From positions 387 through 64,386 of the forward strand of contig DAIUEJ010000010.1 in assembly GCA_036845225.1 (NCBI GenBank): DNA of 64,000 nucleotides, given 5' to 3'. The position numbers and the translations under genes are program-made. The number at the start of each line of letters is the position of its first letter. The stretch's first letter is position 1. The notes below the pieces were generated by a model, which saw only the letters and a program-made list of their open reading frames with translations, searched no databases and was not told the origin of the DNA. Of the stretch, positions 45,501 to 55,390 are shown one piece after another. Origin of the DNA: Candidatus Anoxymicrobiaceae bacterium (GTDB lineage Bacteria; Actinomycetota; Geothermincolia; Fen-727; Anoxymicrobiaceae).

Positions 45501-46241
45501 ATGGGGAGCATACTGAGAGCCTTCAGAGAGGCCTTCTACCTGATAATCAGGTTCAACCCTGATTTCTACAGGATAATCCTGCTCACCCTCGTCGTTAACG
45601 GCGTCGCGACGGTGCTGGGCGCGGTGATCGGGATCCCTGCAGGCGTCGCGCTCGCGGAGTACAGGTTCCCGGGGAGGCGCCCGGTGCTGGTCCTGGTGCA
45701 CGCCATGATGGGGCTTCCTCCAGTGGTGGCGGGCGTCTTTTTCGTGTTGATCTTCGCTCGCAGCGGGCCGCTAGGGTTCTTGAACCTGCTGTATACGGTG
45801 CCGGCGCTCATTCTGGTGCAGGTCGTCCTCGCCGCGCCTATCATCGCCGGTTTCACGAACGCGTCCCTGGAAGACGTGGACCCGCGCATCGGCCTGCAGG
45901 CGCGGAGCCTGGGAGCGACGAGGTACCAGTCGGTATTCGTGAAGCTGCGCGAAGCGCGCGCCGGGCTGGTCGCGGCGGTGATCGCGGGGTTCGGCGGCGT
46001 GGTCTCCGAGGTCGGAGCGATCATGATCGTCGGCGGCAACATCAGGGGGAGCACACGGATGCTCACCACCGATATCGTCCTCAACATGCGCGTGGGGAAG
46101 TCGGAGCTGGCGCTCGCCGAAGGCATAGTCCTGATACTGATAGCAATAGTAGTGAATGTCTTCCTGACGCGGCTGCAGGCGGAGAAGGGCCAGCGCCGGG
46201 CCGAGACCAAGGGAATCACAGGCGCGTATATCCATGGTTGA
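45501..46241 (+). CDS. tupB: tungstate/molybdate ABC transporter permease
   Basis: 246 aa polytopic with ABC TM-domain EAA-like loop (ARSLGATRYQ). Confidence 0.65.
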   Translation: MGSILRAFREAFYLIIRFNPDFYRIILLTLVVNGVATVLGAVIGIPAGVALAEYRFPGRRPVLVLVHAMMGLPPVVAGVFFVLIFARSGPLGFLNLLYTVPALILVQVVLAAPIIAGFTNASLEDVDPRIGLQARSLGATRYQSVFVKLREARAGLVAAVIAGFGGVVSEVGAIMIVGGNIRGSTRMLTTDIVLNMRVGKSELALAEGIVLILIAIVVNVFLTRLQAEKGQRRAETKGITGAYIHG

Positions 46242-47328
46242 TGATACTTACGTCATAGAGGCGAAGGGGCTCAGGAAGGCCTACGGTGCCGGCGTCGTCC
46301 TCGACCTCGAGGAGCTCGCCGTCCGGCGCGGCGAGGTCCTGGTGATCCTCGGGCCGAGCGGAGCGGGCAAGAGCGTGCTGCTGCGGATGCTCAACCTGCT
46401 CGAGGCGCCGAGCGAAGGGACAGTCTACTTCGAGGGTGAGGAGGTCCAGGGCCTCGAGGGTCACAGGCGCACCGAGGTGTCTCGCCGGATGGCTTTGATA
46501 TTCCAGGACCCTCTGCTGTTCCGCGGCTCGGTGGCGGACAACACCGGCTACGGCTTGAAGGTGCGGCACGTTGCGGCGGAGGAGCGGGAACGGCGGGTGT
46601 CGGAGGTGCTCAAGCTGGTGAAGATGAGCCGGTTCGCGGGCAAGCAGACCTCGACGCTGTCGGGTGGTGAGGCCCAGAGGATCGCCCTTGCCCGAGCGCT
46701 TGTGATCGAGCCGGAGGTCCTTCTGCTGGACGAACCTTTTGCGAGCCTTGACACGCCTACCAGGCGCGCGCTGCAGGAAGACGTCAAGCGGATACTCACC
46801 GACCTGGGCATGACCGCGATATTCGTCACCCATGACCAGGAGGAGGCCGCGAGGCTTGGCGACCGAATCATGGTGCTGGAAGATGGCAAGGTCGCTCAGT
46901 CCGGCAGCCCGAGGGAGATCTTCTACGAGCCGAGGAACGAGTTCGTCGCGTCCTTCGTAGGGTTCGAGAACATATACGACGGCGAGGTAGTGGCTAGTGA
47001 CGGCGGCCTGGCTCGAGTCGTGGTGGACGGGCGCGAGCTGGAGGCTGTCACCGACAGGAGCGCCGGCGAAAGGGTCAAGATCGCCATCCGCCCCGAGGAC
47101 TTGACCGTGGTGCCCGCGGACGACATCGGGGACGCGGCGAGCAGCAGGAACGCGCTCCTCGGGAAAGTGGTGGAGACGGATGTGCGAGGCCCGATTGCGC
47201 GCCTCACCATCGAGTGTCCGTTTCCCCTGGTGGCGTTCATCACGAGCCGGTCGTTAGAGGAGATGGGCATCTCTACAGGCATGGAGGTCGGTGCCCGTTT
47301 CAAGGCCACAGCGCTGGTTGTGATCTGA
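46234..47328 (+). CDS. tupC: ABC transporter ATP-binding protein with C-terminal TOBE/Mop domain
   Basis: GPSGAGKS Walker A, LSGGEAQRIALARAL signature, C-terminal oxyanion-binding-like domain. Confidence 0.7.
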   Translation: MVDDTYVIEAKGLRKAYGAGVVLDLEELAVRRGEVLVILGPSGAGKSVLLRMLNLLEAPSEGTVYFEGEEVQGLEGHRRTEVSRRMALIFQDPLLFRGSVADNTGYGLKVRHVAAEERERRVSEVLKLVKMSRFAGKQTSTLSGGEAQRIALARALVIEPEVLLLDEPFASLDTPTRRALQEDVKRILTDLGMTAIFVTHDQEEAARLGDRIMVLEDGKVAQSGSPREIFYEPRNEFVASFVGFENIYDGEVVASDGGLARVVVDGRELEAVTDRSAGERVKIAIRPEDLTVVPADDIGDAASSRNALLGKVVETDVRGPIARLTIECPFPLVAFITSRSLEEMGISTGMEVGARFKATALVVI

Positions 47329-47410
47329 GGTGTTGTCCTATGTCATGGGGCGTCTTTCCCGCCCGAGGTAGAATTGATACAGATGGCTGAATGAAGGGGA
47401 GAATCGGGCT

Positions 47411-48658
47411 TTGGCCGATAGTTTCTTGAGACTCATACACCTCCCGGAAGCGGTCAGGCTGCTCGCCGACAGCCTGCCCGGGCCGGTCGCGCGCGTCGAG
47501 GAGATCGCGTCCGGCGAAGTGCTCGGGCGCGTGGTGGCGGAGGACGTCTTCTCGCCGGAGGACCTGCCGGGCTTCGACCGCTCACAGATGGACGGATACG
47601 CGGTGCGGGCCGCGGACACTTTCGGCGCGGGCGAGAGCCAGCCCGCCTACCTCGAGCTCTCGGGGGAGGTCCTGATGGGCGGCGCCCCGGACGTCTCGGT
47701 CTCCGCAGGCCAGGCTGTGCTGATATCGACCGGCGGCTTCATGCCGGAGGGCGCGGACGCCGTCGTGATGGTGGAGAACACAGAGTTGTCCGGAACGACC
47801 GTGGAGGTCGTGAAAGCGGTGGCTCCCGGTGACAACACAGTGAGGCGCGACGAGGACATCGCTCGCGGGTCGCTTCTCATCGGGAAGGGACAGGAGGTCG
47901 GCCCGCCGCAGATCGGCGCCCTGGCGGGTGTCGGCTGCGGGAGGGTACGGGTCTACGAGCGCCCGGTGGTGGGGATCATCTCGACCGGTGACGAGCTGGT
48001 GCCTCCCGACGGCCGGCCCGGGCCGGGACAGGTCCGCGACGTGAACACCCCTGCGCTTGCCGCGTCGGTGCTCGGAGCGGGCTGCCAGGCGAATGTTTAC
48101 GGGATCGTGGAGGACGACTTCGAGAAGCTTCTCGCCGCGTCGCGGGCGGCGCTAGGGGAGTGCGACGCGCTGTTGATCAGCGGGGGGAGCTCGGCCGGGG
48201 TGAGGGACATGACGCTCCAGGTCCTCGAGGCGCTCGGCGGGCCGGGCATCCTCGCCCACGGCATATACCTGAAGCCGGGCAAGCCGACCCTTCTCGCGGT
48301 CTGCGAGGGCAGGCCGGTCATAGGGCTCCCGGGCAACCCTGCCTCGGCGCTCGCGGTGTTCCGCGAGGTGCTGGCGCCCGTGCTGGCGAAGCTGCGCGGA
48401 AAAGAGCCGGGCCCCGCGCCCGGCGCCCGGTGCACCGTTCAGGCCGTTATGGAGCGCTCTGTAGCTTCAGCTCCCGGGCGGCTCGAGCTGGTGCCGGTGG
48501 CGCTGGTGCAGAGTGAGAGCGGGCTGGTCGCCTCTCCCATAATGGGCAAGTCCCAACTCATCGGGACGCTGACCCGGGCCGGCGGACAGGTGCGGGTCCC
48601 CGAAGGCGTAGAGGGGCTGGAGCAGGGCCAGGAAGTGACAGTGGAGCTGCTGAGTTAG
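47411..48658 (+). CDS. moeA: molybdopterin molybdo/tungsto-transferase MoeA
   Basis: TTG start; MoeA domain architecture (GGVGCGRV, ISGGSSAG, GLPGNPASA). Confidence 0.8.
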   Translation: MADSFLRLIHLPEAVRLLADSLPGPVARVEEIASGEVLGRVVAEDVFSPEDLPGFDRSQMDGYAVRAADTFGAGESQPAYLELSGEVLMGGAPDVSVSAGQAVLISTGGFMPEGADAVVMVENTELSGTTVEVVKAVAPGDNTVRRDEDIARGSLLIGKGQEVGPPQIGALAGVGCGRVRVYERPVVGIISTGDELVPPDGRPGPGQVRDVNTPALAASVLGAGCQANVYGIVEDDFEKLLAASRAALGECDALLISGGSSAGVRDMTLQVLEALGGPGILAHGIYLKPGKPTLLAVCEGRPVIGLPGNPASALAVFREVLAPVLAKLRGKEPGPAPGARCTVQAVMERSVASAPGRLELVPVALVQSESGLVASPIMGKSQLIGTLTRAGGQVRVPEGVEGLEQGQEVTVELLS

Positions 48659-50578
48659 ATGGACAGGAATATCTACCTGGACAAAGTACCGCTCGCTGAA
48701 GCGCTCGAGAGATGGCTCGCGATGTGCCGCGAGGAGGGCGTGGCCTTCCCGCTCGCCGCGGAGGCGGTCACATGCGCCGATGCGCTCGGACGGGTGACCG
48801 CGGAGGCGCTGTTCGCGCGCCTCTCTTCGCCGCCTTTCCATTCTTCGGCGATGGACGGGGTGGCGGTCAGCGCGGACAGGACTTTTGGCGCGAGCGATAC
48901 CAGCCCGGTGCGCTTGAGGATGGGCACGGATGTCGAGCTCATAGATACCGGTGAGCCGGTCCCGCCCGCCTTCGATGCGGTCATCATGGTAGAGGACCTG
49001 AACGAGGTCGAGCCTGGCGTCTTCGAGATAGTAAAACCGGCGTCGCCATGGCAGCACGTCAGGCCGCTCGGTGAAGACATCGTACAGACCGAACTGGTCC
49101 TCCCCGCCGGGCACCGCATCAGGCCCGTCGACATCGGCGCGCTGCTGAACGCGGGCTTCGTCGATATCCCGGTCCGCAGGCGCCCTGTCGTCGCAATACT
49201 TCCGACCGGCACCGAGCTGGTCGAGGACCCGTCGCTGCTCGCGGCGGGAAAGATAATGGAGAGCAACTCGAGAGTGCTGGCGTCGTTTGTCCAGGAGGCG
49301 GGCGCTCATCCCTTGAGGATGGACCTGGTCGCCGACGACTACGACCTCATACGCGGCTCGATCGAGGCCGGCCTCGCCAGCGCGGACGTGGTGGTGGTCA
49401 ACGCCGGGACCTCGGCGGGGCGGGAGGACTTCACCCGCGCCATAATCGAGGACCTGGGCAAGGTCGCGGTCCACGGCGTCGCGATGCGGCCGGGCAAGCC
49501 GGTGGTGCTGGGCGTGGCACGCGGCAGGCCGGTCATCGGGCTGCCGGGCTTCCCGGTGGCGAACTACAGGGGCGCGCAGGAGTTCCTCCTCCCCTTGATA
49601 TCGGCTCTGATGGGCGTAGCCACCCGCACGGCCCCGGAGCTCAGGGCGAGGCTCGCTCGAAAGATATTCTCGGTGCCGGGCATGGACGAGTTCGTCCAGG
49701 TGAAAGTGGGGCGCGTCAACGACACGGTGGTGGCGGTGCCACTGCCGAGGGGCTCGGGCGTCTCGATGTCGCTGGTGCGCTCGGACGGGTTCATCGAGGT
49801 GCCCGCCGCGAGCGAGGGAGTGGCGCGCTGGGACGAGGTCACGGTCAAGCTGATCAGCAGCGACGTCGACGTGGACGGGACCATCCTTGCCATCGGCAGC
49901 CACGACATAGCGCTCGACCTGCTGTCCAGCCGCATCAGGCAGATGGACCCGTCGCTCAGCCTTGCTTCGGCGAACGTCGGCAGCATGGGCGGTATCATGG
50001 CTGTGAAGCAGGGCCAGGCCCACGTGGCCGGGACGCACCTGCTCGACCCGGAGACCGGGGACTTCAACGTGCCATACGTCCTGAAGCAGTTCTCGCCGGA
50101 CGAGGTCACCCTTGTCCACCTCGGGTGGCGCGATCAGGGGCTGATGGTGCTGCCGGGTAACCCGAAAGGGATCAAGGGCATCGGCGACCTCGCCCGTCCG
50201 GACGTGCGCTTCGTGAACCGGCAGAAGGGCTCCGGCACGCGCCTGTTGCTCGACCACGAGATGGGCCGGCTGGGTATAGACACCGGCTCGGTTTCCGGAT
50301 ACGAGCGCGAGATGTTCACGCACACGGCCGTAGCGGCGGCGGTGACCGGCGGGAGCGCGGACGTGACGCTTGGCGTGCTGGCGGCGGCCAGAGCCCTGAA
50401 GCTTGATTTCATCCCGGTGGCTAAAGAGCGGTACGACCTGCTGGTCCTCGCGTCTTTCACCGGGACGCGGGCGTACCGGGTCATGCTGGAGGCGATGAGC
50501 GACCCCGCGTACAGGAAAGAGGTGGAGGCGCTCGGCGGCTACGACCTCTCCGAGTCCGGCACGCTGGTGCCGCTGTGA
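48659..50578 (+). CDS. MoeA fused to C-terminal periplasmic-binding-protein-like (PBP type 2) oxyanion-binding domain
   Basis: First ~410 aa are a second MoeA (GLPGFPVAN); C-terminal ~220 aa (GSHDIALDLL...GSGTRLLLD) is PBP-like. Confidence 0.6.
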   Translation: MDRNIYLDKVPLAEALERWLAMCREEGVAFPLAAEAVTCADALGRVTAEALFARLSSPPFHSSAMDGVAVSADRTFGASDTSPVRLRMGTDVELIDTGEPVPPAFDAVIMVEDLNEVEPGVFEIVKPASPWQHVRPLGEDIVQTELVLPAGHRIRPVDIGALLNAGFVDIPVRRRPVVAILPTGTELVEDPSLLAAGKIMESNSRVLASFVQEAGAHPLRMDLVADDYDLIRGSIEAGLASADVVVVNAGTSAGREDFTRAIIEDLGKVAVHGVAMRPGKPVVLGVARGRPVIGLPGFPVANYRGAQEFLLPLISALMGVATRTAPELRARLARKIFSVPGMDEFVQVKVGRVNDTVVAVPLPRGSGVSMSLVRSDGFIEVPAASEGVARWDEVTVKLISSDVDVDGTILAIGSHDIALDLLSSRIRQMDPSLSLASANVGSMGGIMAVKQGQAHVAGTHLLDPETGDFNVPYVLKQFSPDEVTLVHLGWRDQGLMVLPGNPKGIKGIGDLARPDVRFVNRQKGSGTRLLLDHEMGRLGIDTGSVSGYEREMFTHTAVAAAVTGGSADVTLGVLAAARALKLDFIPVAKERYDLLVLASFTGTRAYRVMLEAMSDPAYRKEVEALGGYDLSESGTLVPL

Positions 50579-50624
50579 CGCAACATGGGGTCAGACCACT
50601 TGTTGCATTTCTGAGGACGATACG

Positions 50625-51623
50625 ATGAGCGAAGAAAACGTTACGACAGAAGAGTGCGAGCAGCAGGTCATCGACTACCTGCGCATATCGATCACCGACA
50701 GGTGTAACCTGCGGTGCGTGTACTGCATGCCGGCCGAAGGCGTCAAGAGCCTCTCACACGACGACATACTCAGCTACGAGGAGCTCGAGCTCTTCGTTCG
50801 CGCGGCGGTAGCGGCAGGGATAAGGCGCGTTCGCCTCACGGGAGGCGAGCCTCTCGTCCGCAAGGGAGCGGTCGATTTCGTGCGGATGCTGAGCGGCATA
50901 GAACCGCGCCTCAAGGTGAGCCTGACCACGAACGGCCTCCTTCTGGCGAGGTACGCCTCCGAGCTCAAGGAGGCGGGCCTTTCTCGCGTCAACATCAGCC
51001 TGGACACTCTCGACCCTGACGCCTACACCCAGATAACCAGGGTCGGCCGGCTCGAGGACGCCCTCTCGGGGCTGGACGCGGCCATCGACGCGGGGCTCGA
51101 CCCCGTCAAGATAAACGTCGTGGTGCTCAAAGGGCTGAACGACGATCCGGTCCCGTTCGTGGACCTGGCCCGCGAGAGGCCGGTGAGCGTCCGGTTCATC
51201 GAGTACATGCCGTACTTCGACGACCCCGGCAAATGGTACGTCCCGGGCGACGTCATCAAGGCGAGGATCGGCGAGGTCGGGCGCATCGAAGAGGTCGCCT
51301 CGCCCGAAGGCTGGGGCCCCGCGAGCTACTTCAAGGTCAACGGCTCCGCCGGCACCATCGGGCTGATATCGCCTGTCTCGTGCCACTTCTGCCCGTCGTG
51401 CAACAGGCTTAGGATAACCGCGGACGGGCGCATGCGCACTTGCCTGTTCGACGACAACGGCTATCCGATCAAGAGCGAGATCCGGGCCGGGGCGGAGGTC
51501 GTTAGGCTTCGTGAGATAATAGAGGGAGAACTCGAGCGGAAGCGCGCCGAAGGCGGCGACAACAAGCCCGCGCCGGGCTCGCGGCTGCGTGCGGGCGACC
51601 ACATGTCGAGGATCGGGGGTTGA
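50625..51623 (+). CDS. moaA: GTP 3',8-cyclase MoaA (radical SAM)
   Basis: CNLRCVYCMP radical-SAM motif and C-terminal CxxC...C cluster (CHFCPSCNRLR). Confidence 0.85.
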   Translation: MSEENVTTEECEQQVIDYLRISITDRCNLRCVYCMPAEGVKSLSHDDILSYEELELFVRAAVAAGIRRVRLTGGEPLVRKGAVDFVRMLSGIEPRLKVSLTTNGLLLARYASELKEAGLSRVNISLDTLDPDAYTQITRVGRLEDALSGLDAAIDAGLDPVKINVVVLKGLNDDPVPFVDLARERPVSVRFIEYMPYFDDPGKWYVPGDVIKARIGEVGRIEEVASPEGWGPASYFKVNGSAGTIGLISPVSCHFCPSCNRLRITADGRMRTCLFDDNGYPIKSEIRAGAEVVRLREIIEGELERKRAEGGDNKPAPGSRLRAGDHMSRIGG

Positions 51624-52129
51624 AGGTGGCGAAAGGGGAGGGCTCCTCAGGGGGCGGGCTGTCGCACCTGGACGAGCACGGCCGCGCCAGGATGGTCGAC
51701 GTCGGTGAGAAAGACGTCACCAGGCGCGAGGCGCGGGCCGAGGCGCACGTGTTGATGAGCCTCCAGACCCTGAAGCTCCTGGCCGCCGGCGACCTTCCCA
51801 AGGGCGACGTCTTCTCGACCGCGAGGATTGCCGGCATCACTGCCGCGAAGAGGGCGCCGGAGCTCATCCCGCTCTGCCATCCACTGAGGATTGACTCCAT
51901 CTCTGTCGAATTCGAAGTGGATGAAGCGTCATCGCAGGTGCGTGTGGAGTCGGCGGTGGTCGCCACCGACAGGACCGGCGTCGAGATGGAGGCGCTTACA
52001 GCCGCGGCCATCGCGGCGCTGACCATATACGACATGACCAAGGCGGTAGAGCGGGGCGTCGAGATATCGTCGGTGCGCCTGCTCTACAAGTCGGGCGGCA
52101 AGTCCGGGACCTGGAAGGCAAAAGACTAG
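51620..52129 (+). CDS. moaC: cyclic pyranopterin monophosphate synthase MoaC
   Basis: LSHLDEHGRARMVDVGEKDVTRREARA...IPLCHPL. Confidence 0.85.
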   Translation: MKVAKGEGSSGGGLSHLDEHGRARMVDVGEKDVTRREARAEAHVLMSLQTLKLLAAGDLPKGDVFSTARIAGITAAKRAPELIPLCHPLRIDSISVEFEVDEASSQVRVESAVVATDRTGVEMEALTAAAIAALTIYDMTKAVERGVEISSVRLLYKSGGKSGTWKAKD

Positions 52130-52146
52130 CCCACCGGAGGCGTGAA

Positions 52147-52593
52147 ATGGCTGGACAAAAAGGCAAAGTCATATCGGTGAACATATCCGAGCAGACCGGC
52201 GAGAAGAAGCACAACGTCGAGTGCTGCCTGTTCGTGGTGGGGCACGGCCTCGAGGGCGATGCGCACGCGGGCGAGTGGCACCGGCAGGTGAGCCTGCTGG
52301 CGGTCGAGAGCATAGACAAGATGCGCCTGGAGGGCCTCGATGTGTGGCCCGGCGACTTCGCCGAGAACGTGACGACCCAGGGCGTAGACCTCGTGTCCCT
52401 CCCGGTGGGGACGAAGCTCAAGATCGGCGACGGGATAGTCGTGGAGATGACGCAGATAGGCAAGGAGTGCCACACCCCCTGTGCGATAGGCCGGCAGGTC
52501 GGTGACTGCATCATGCCGAAGGAGGGCGTGTTCGCGAAGGTGCTGGAAGGCGGGAAGGCGGCGGTCGGCGACGACGTCGAAGTCCTCCAGTAG
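52147..52593 (+). CDS. MOSC domain-containing protein
   Basis: 148 aa beta-barrel-like MOSC pattern (GDAHAGEWHRQVSLLAVESI, ENVTTQGVDL). Confidence 0.55.
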   Translation: MAGQKGKVISVNISEQTGEKKHNVECCLFVVGHGLEGDAHAGEWHRQVSLLAVESIDKMRLEGLDVWPGDFAENVTTQGVDLVSLPVGTKLKIGDGIVVEMTQIGKECHTPCAIGRQVGDCIMPKEGVFAKVLEGGKAAVGDDVEVLQ

Positions 52594-52622
52594 AAAACTG
52601 GTGCCAGGCACGTTTTTTCCAC
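52594..52622. terminator. repeat-family terminator (AAAACTGGTGCCAGGCACGTTTTTT)
   Basis: Immediately after the TAG stop of the MOSC gene. Confidence 0.5.
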
Positions 52623-52634
52623 CCAGGGAGAATC

Positions 52635-53150
52635 ATGGCCGATGAAGCAGCAGGCAAATACACCGCAGCGGTTGTCACGGTCTCCGACAAGGGGGCCGCT
52701 GGCGAGCGTGAGGACTTGAGCGGCGCGGTGGTCCGGGACATCCTGGAGGGCGCGGGCATCGAGGTCGTCCGGCGGGAGATAGTCCCCGACGAAGCGAACG
52801 TCCTCAGCGAGCTCTTGGTGGCGCTGTGCGACCAGGGCATCGACCTCATCGTGACCACGGGCGGCACCGGTGTGTCTCCCCGTGACGTCACGCCGGAAGC
52901 GACGCTTGGCGTGATCGAGAAAGAGATCCCCGGAATGGCCGAGGCGATGCGCGCCGAGAGCCTGAAGGTCACCCCGCACGCGATGATATCCAGGGCGGTG
53001 TGCGGCCTGCGCGGAGGCGCCCTGATACTGAACCTGCCCGGGAGCCCGAACGGCGCCCGCGAGAACCTGGAGGTCGTCATGCCGGCGGTCCCGCACACGC
53101 TCGAAGTGGCCGGCGGCAGGGTCTCCGAGTGCGCGCAGCCGCCTGATTGA
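52635..53150 (+). CDS. mog: molybdenum cofactor biosynthesis protein MogA/MoaB (molybdopterin adenylyltransferase)
   Basis: TVSDKGAAGEREDLSG...VTTGGTGVSPRDVTPEA. Confidence 0.75.
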   Translation: MADEAAGKYTAAVVTVSDKGAAGEREDLSGAVVRDILEGAGIEVVRREIVPDEANVLSELLVALCDQGIDLIVTTGGTGVSPRDVTPEATLGVIEKEIPGMAEAMRAESLKVTPHAMISRAVCGLRGGALILNLPGSPNGARENLEVVMPAVPHTLEVAGGRVSECAQPPD

Positions 53151-53214
53151 CTTGCCGTCGCCCGCTGGCTGATAATCTCACAGTAAGACGACGTCCCGAC
53201 GAATTGGGGGAGCA

Positions 53215-53685
53215 TTGGCAGTACTTGCAGAGAAGCTCGTAGAGATAATAGAGAGCAGAGCTGACGACCTCTCCATGACCTGGTACCGCGAGGTCAAGGA
53301 ATCTCACTGGACGCCCAACGTCAAGAACCTCTCCGAGGAAGAGGCCCTCGCCATTGCGCGCAGGGTGTACAGCAAGCTGAGCCACTGGCTCATCCCGCAG
53401 ACCGAGAGTGAGGTCCAGGAGACATACCTGAGGTTCGGCGAGCAGTGCTATTACAAAGGCTTTCGCATGGAGGAGATGGTCATGCTGCTGGTGCTCATCA
53501 AGAGGCACCTCTGGCTGCACCTCCTCGAGCAGGGCGTCATGACGACGAACATCGAGGTCTACCAGGCGCTCGACGTGAACAACAAGGTCGTCCTCTACTT
53601 CGACCGCGCGATCTACTTCTCGCTCATCGGTTTCAAGAAGGCGCGAGAGGAATCCGTGAAGGCGAAGACCAAGGCCGAGTCGTAG
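53215..53685 (+). CDS. hypothetical helical protein (RsbRD-N-like?)
   Basis: 156 aa ORF; no confident family. Confidence 0.4.
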   Translation: MAVLAEKLVEIIESRADDLSMTWYREVKESHWTPNVKNLSEEEALAIARRVYSKLSHWLIPQTESEVQETYLRFGEQCYYKGFRMEEMVMLLVLIKRHLWLHLLEQGVMTTNIEVYQALDVNNKVVLYFDRAIYFSLIGFKKAREESVKAKTKAES

Positions 53686-53766
53686 AGTCCGCAGTGAAAC
53701 ACATTCGAGGGCCGCGGCATCTACGCGGTCCTTGTTTTGCGCCCGGTCAATTGCTACGGTTGGACC

Positions 53767-54399
53767 ATGACAGAACCCACGAAGCTGTTCCTGATCAGGC
53801 ACGGGCAGACGGACCTCAACCGCGACCGCAGGTTCCGCGGGCTCAGTGACGCGCCCCTCAACGAAGCGGGCAAGTACGAGGCAGCGGGCGCCGCGAAGCT
53901 GCTCGCGGCGGCCGGCGTCTCCAATATCTATACCAGCCCCATCCGGCGCGCGGCCGAGACCGCGACCGCGATCGCGGTCACCACGGGCGCTCGCGTCGAG
54001 ACGGACGATGACTTCATCGACATAGACTACGGCGCCTGGCAGGGGCTGACCGTTGAGGAGGTCCGCGAGCGCTTCGGCCCTGAGGGGCTCGAATCGTGGC
54101 GCCGAGACCCGGGCGCATTCAGCTTCCCGGACGGGGACAGCATGGAGTCGGTGCGGGCGCGCCTGCAGCCGGCGCTGCTGCGGGTGGCGACCGCGGGGCA
54201 CGAGGGCGCCGTCGCGGTGGTGAGCCACCTGGCCGTCCTCAAAGTCTGCTTCGTCACGCTGATGGACCTCGATTTCCGGTACTTCTGGAAAGTCGGGCTC
54301 GACAACGGCTCGGCCAGCCTCTTCACCTGCAAGCCGGACGGCGGGTTCGTGCTCGAGCGCTGGAACGAGCCGCCGATGGGCTCTCACGGTCAGGGGTGA
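53767..54399 (+). CDS. histidine phosphatase family protein (phosphoglycerate mutase-like)
   Basis: LFLIRHGQTDLN catalytic RHG motif; internal ATG of track ORF 53737..54399. Confidence 0.7.
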   Translation: MTEPTKLFLIRHGQTDLNRDRRFRGLSDAPLNEAGKYEAAGAAKLLAAAGVSNIYTSPIRRAAETATAIAVTTGARVETDDDFIDIDYGAWQGLTVEEVRERFGPEGLESWRRDPGAFSFPDGDSMESVRARLQPALLRVATAGHEGAVAVVSHLAVLKVCFVTLMDLDFRYFWKVGLDNGSASLFTCKPDGGFVLERWNEPPMGSHGQG

Positions 54400-54401
54400 G
54401 G

Positions 54402-55388
54402 TTGGCAGGACCACCGTTCCATGACCCGTTCGCGCTGGCGCCCGCCGCCGGGTACCCGCTTCAGCCCGAGGCCCCAGGGCCAGGCCATGGGAAGGCCGCG
54501 GCCATCATCGTTCCAGTCGCCCTCGTCGCTGTCCTGACCGCTGCAGGCGTCCTCTTCCTGCTGGGTGTGGTGAGATTCGGGAACCCGTCTCTCAAGGACA
54601 TCTCCATGGCCTCCGGAGTCAGCAGGGCGAACAGGCCCGTGAGCTCGACCACCCGGTTCAGCGTCGACGATGACGTCATCTACTGCTGCGCCACGGCGCG
54701 CGCGTTCGCCGGGACCAGGCTGCGCGCGAGATGGTTCCGCCAGGGAGACCAGATCGCCGAGTTCAACGGGACATTCAGGAGCATGGGAGGGAGCCAGACC
54801 GCGAAGTTTCTCCCGGCGACCGGCCACGTCGCCTTCAAGCTGGCGCGGCCGGAGGAAGGGTGGACCTCCGGGTCATACAGCGTGACGCTCGCTGTCGACG
54901 GCAGAACAGCTGGCTCGCGCACTTTCACAGTGGTCGATGCGCCCGAGGGCGCGGCGGGCACCCGCTACAACGCGCCGGGCGGGGCGTTCTCGATACTGGT
55001 GCCGGCAGGCTGGCTGCCCGCCGAGGCGGCGTCTCTCGGGGGCGCGCTCGCCGGCTTCATCAGCCCGGCCGGGCCGTACCCACCCCGCTATGCCGTGACC
55101 CTCACGGACTTCACCTCGGTCGACATCAGCTACCTGAACGGGATACTCAAGCAATCCGGCGCAAAAGCGGACGAGCTGTTCGCCCCCTACTCGGTGGGCG
55201 ACCTGGTGGGCGCGCGCCGGACGTTCGAGTGGGATTACAAAGCCGGCCAGGAACAGTTCCGGTTGAAGACGATCCAGGTGGTGTTGCAGTCCGACGCGAA
55301 GATCTACGGCATCGACTGCCACTCGCTGGCCATCGATTATCAGTCGAACGAGCCGATCTTCAACACCGTGATCAACAGCTTCCGCTGA
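54402..55388 (+). CDS. membrane-anchored hypothetical protein (N-terminal TM, extracytoplasmic domain)
   Basis: TTG at 54402 (or GTG 54396) in frame with track ORF 54096..55388; TM AAAIIVPVALVAVLTAAGVLFLLGVV. Confidence 0.45.
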   Translation: MAGPPFHDPFALAPAAGYPLQPEAPGPGHGKAAAIIVPVALVAVLTAAGVLFLLGVVRFGNPSLKDISMASGVSRANRPVSSTTRFSVDDDVIYCCATARAFAGTRLRARWFRQGDQIAEFNGTFRSMGGSQTAKFLPATGHVAFKLARPEEGWTSGSYSVTLAVDGRTAGSRTFTVVDAPEGAAGTRYNAPGGAFSILVPAGWLPAEAASLGGALAGFISPAGPYPPRYAVTLTDFTSVDISYLNGILKQSGAKADELFAPYSVGDLVGARRTFEWDYKAGQEQFRLKTIQVVLQSDAKIYGIDCHSLAIDYQSNEPIFNTVINSFR

Positions 55389-55390
55389 CT

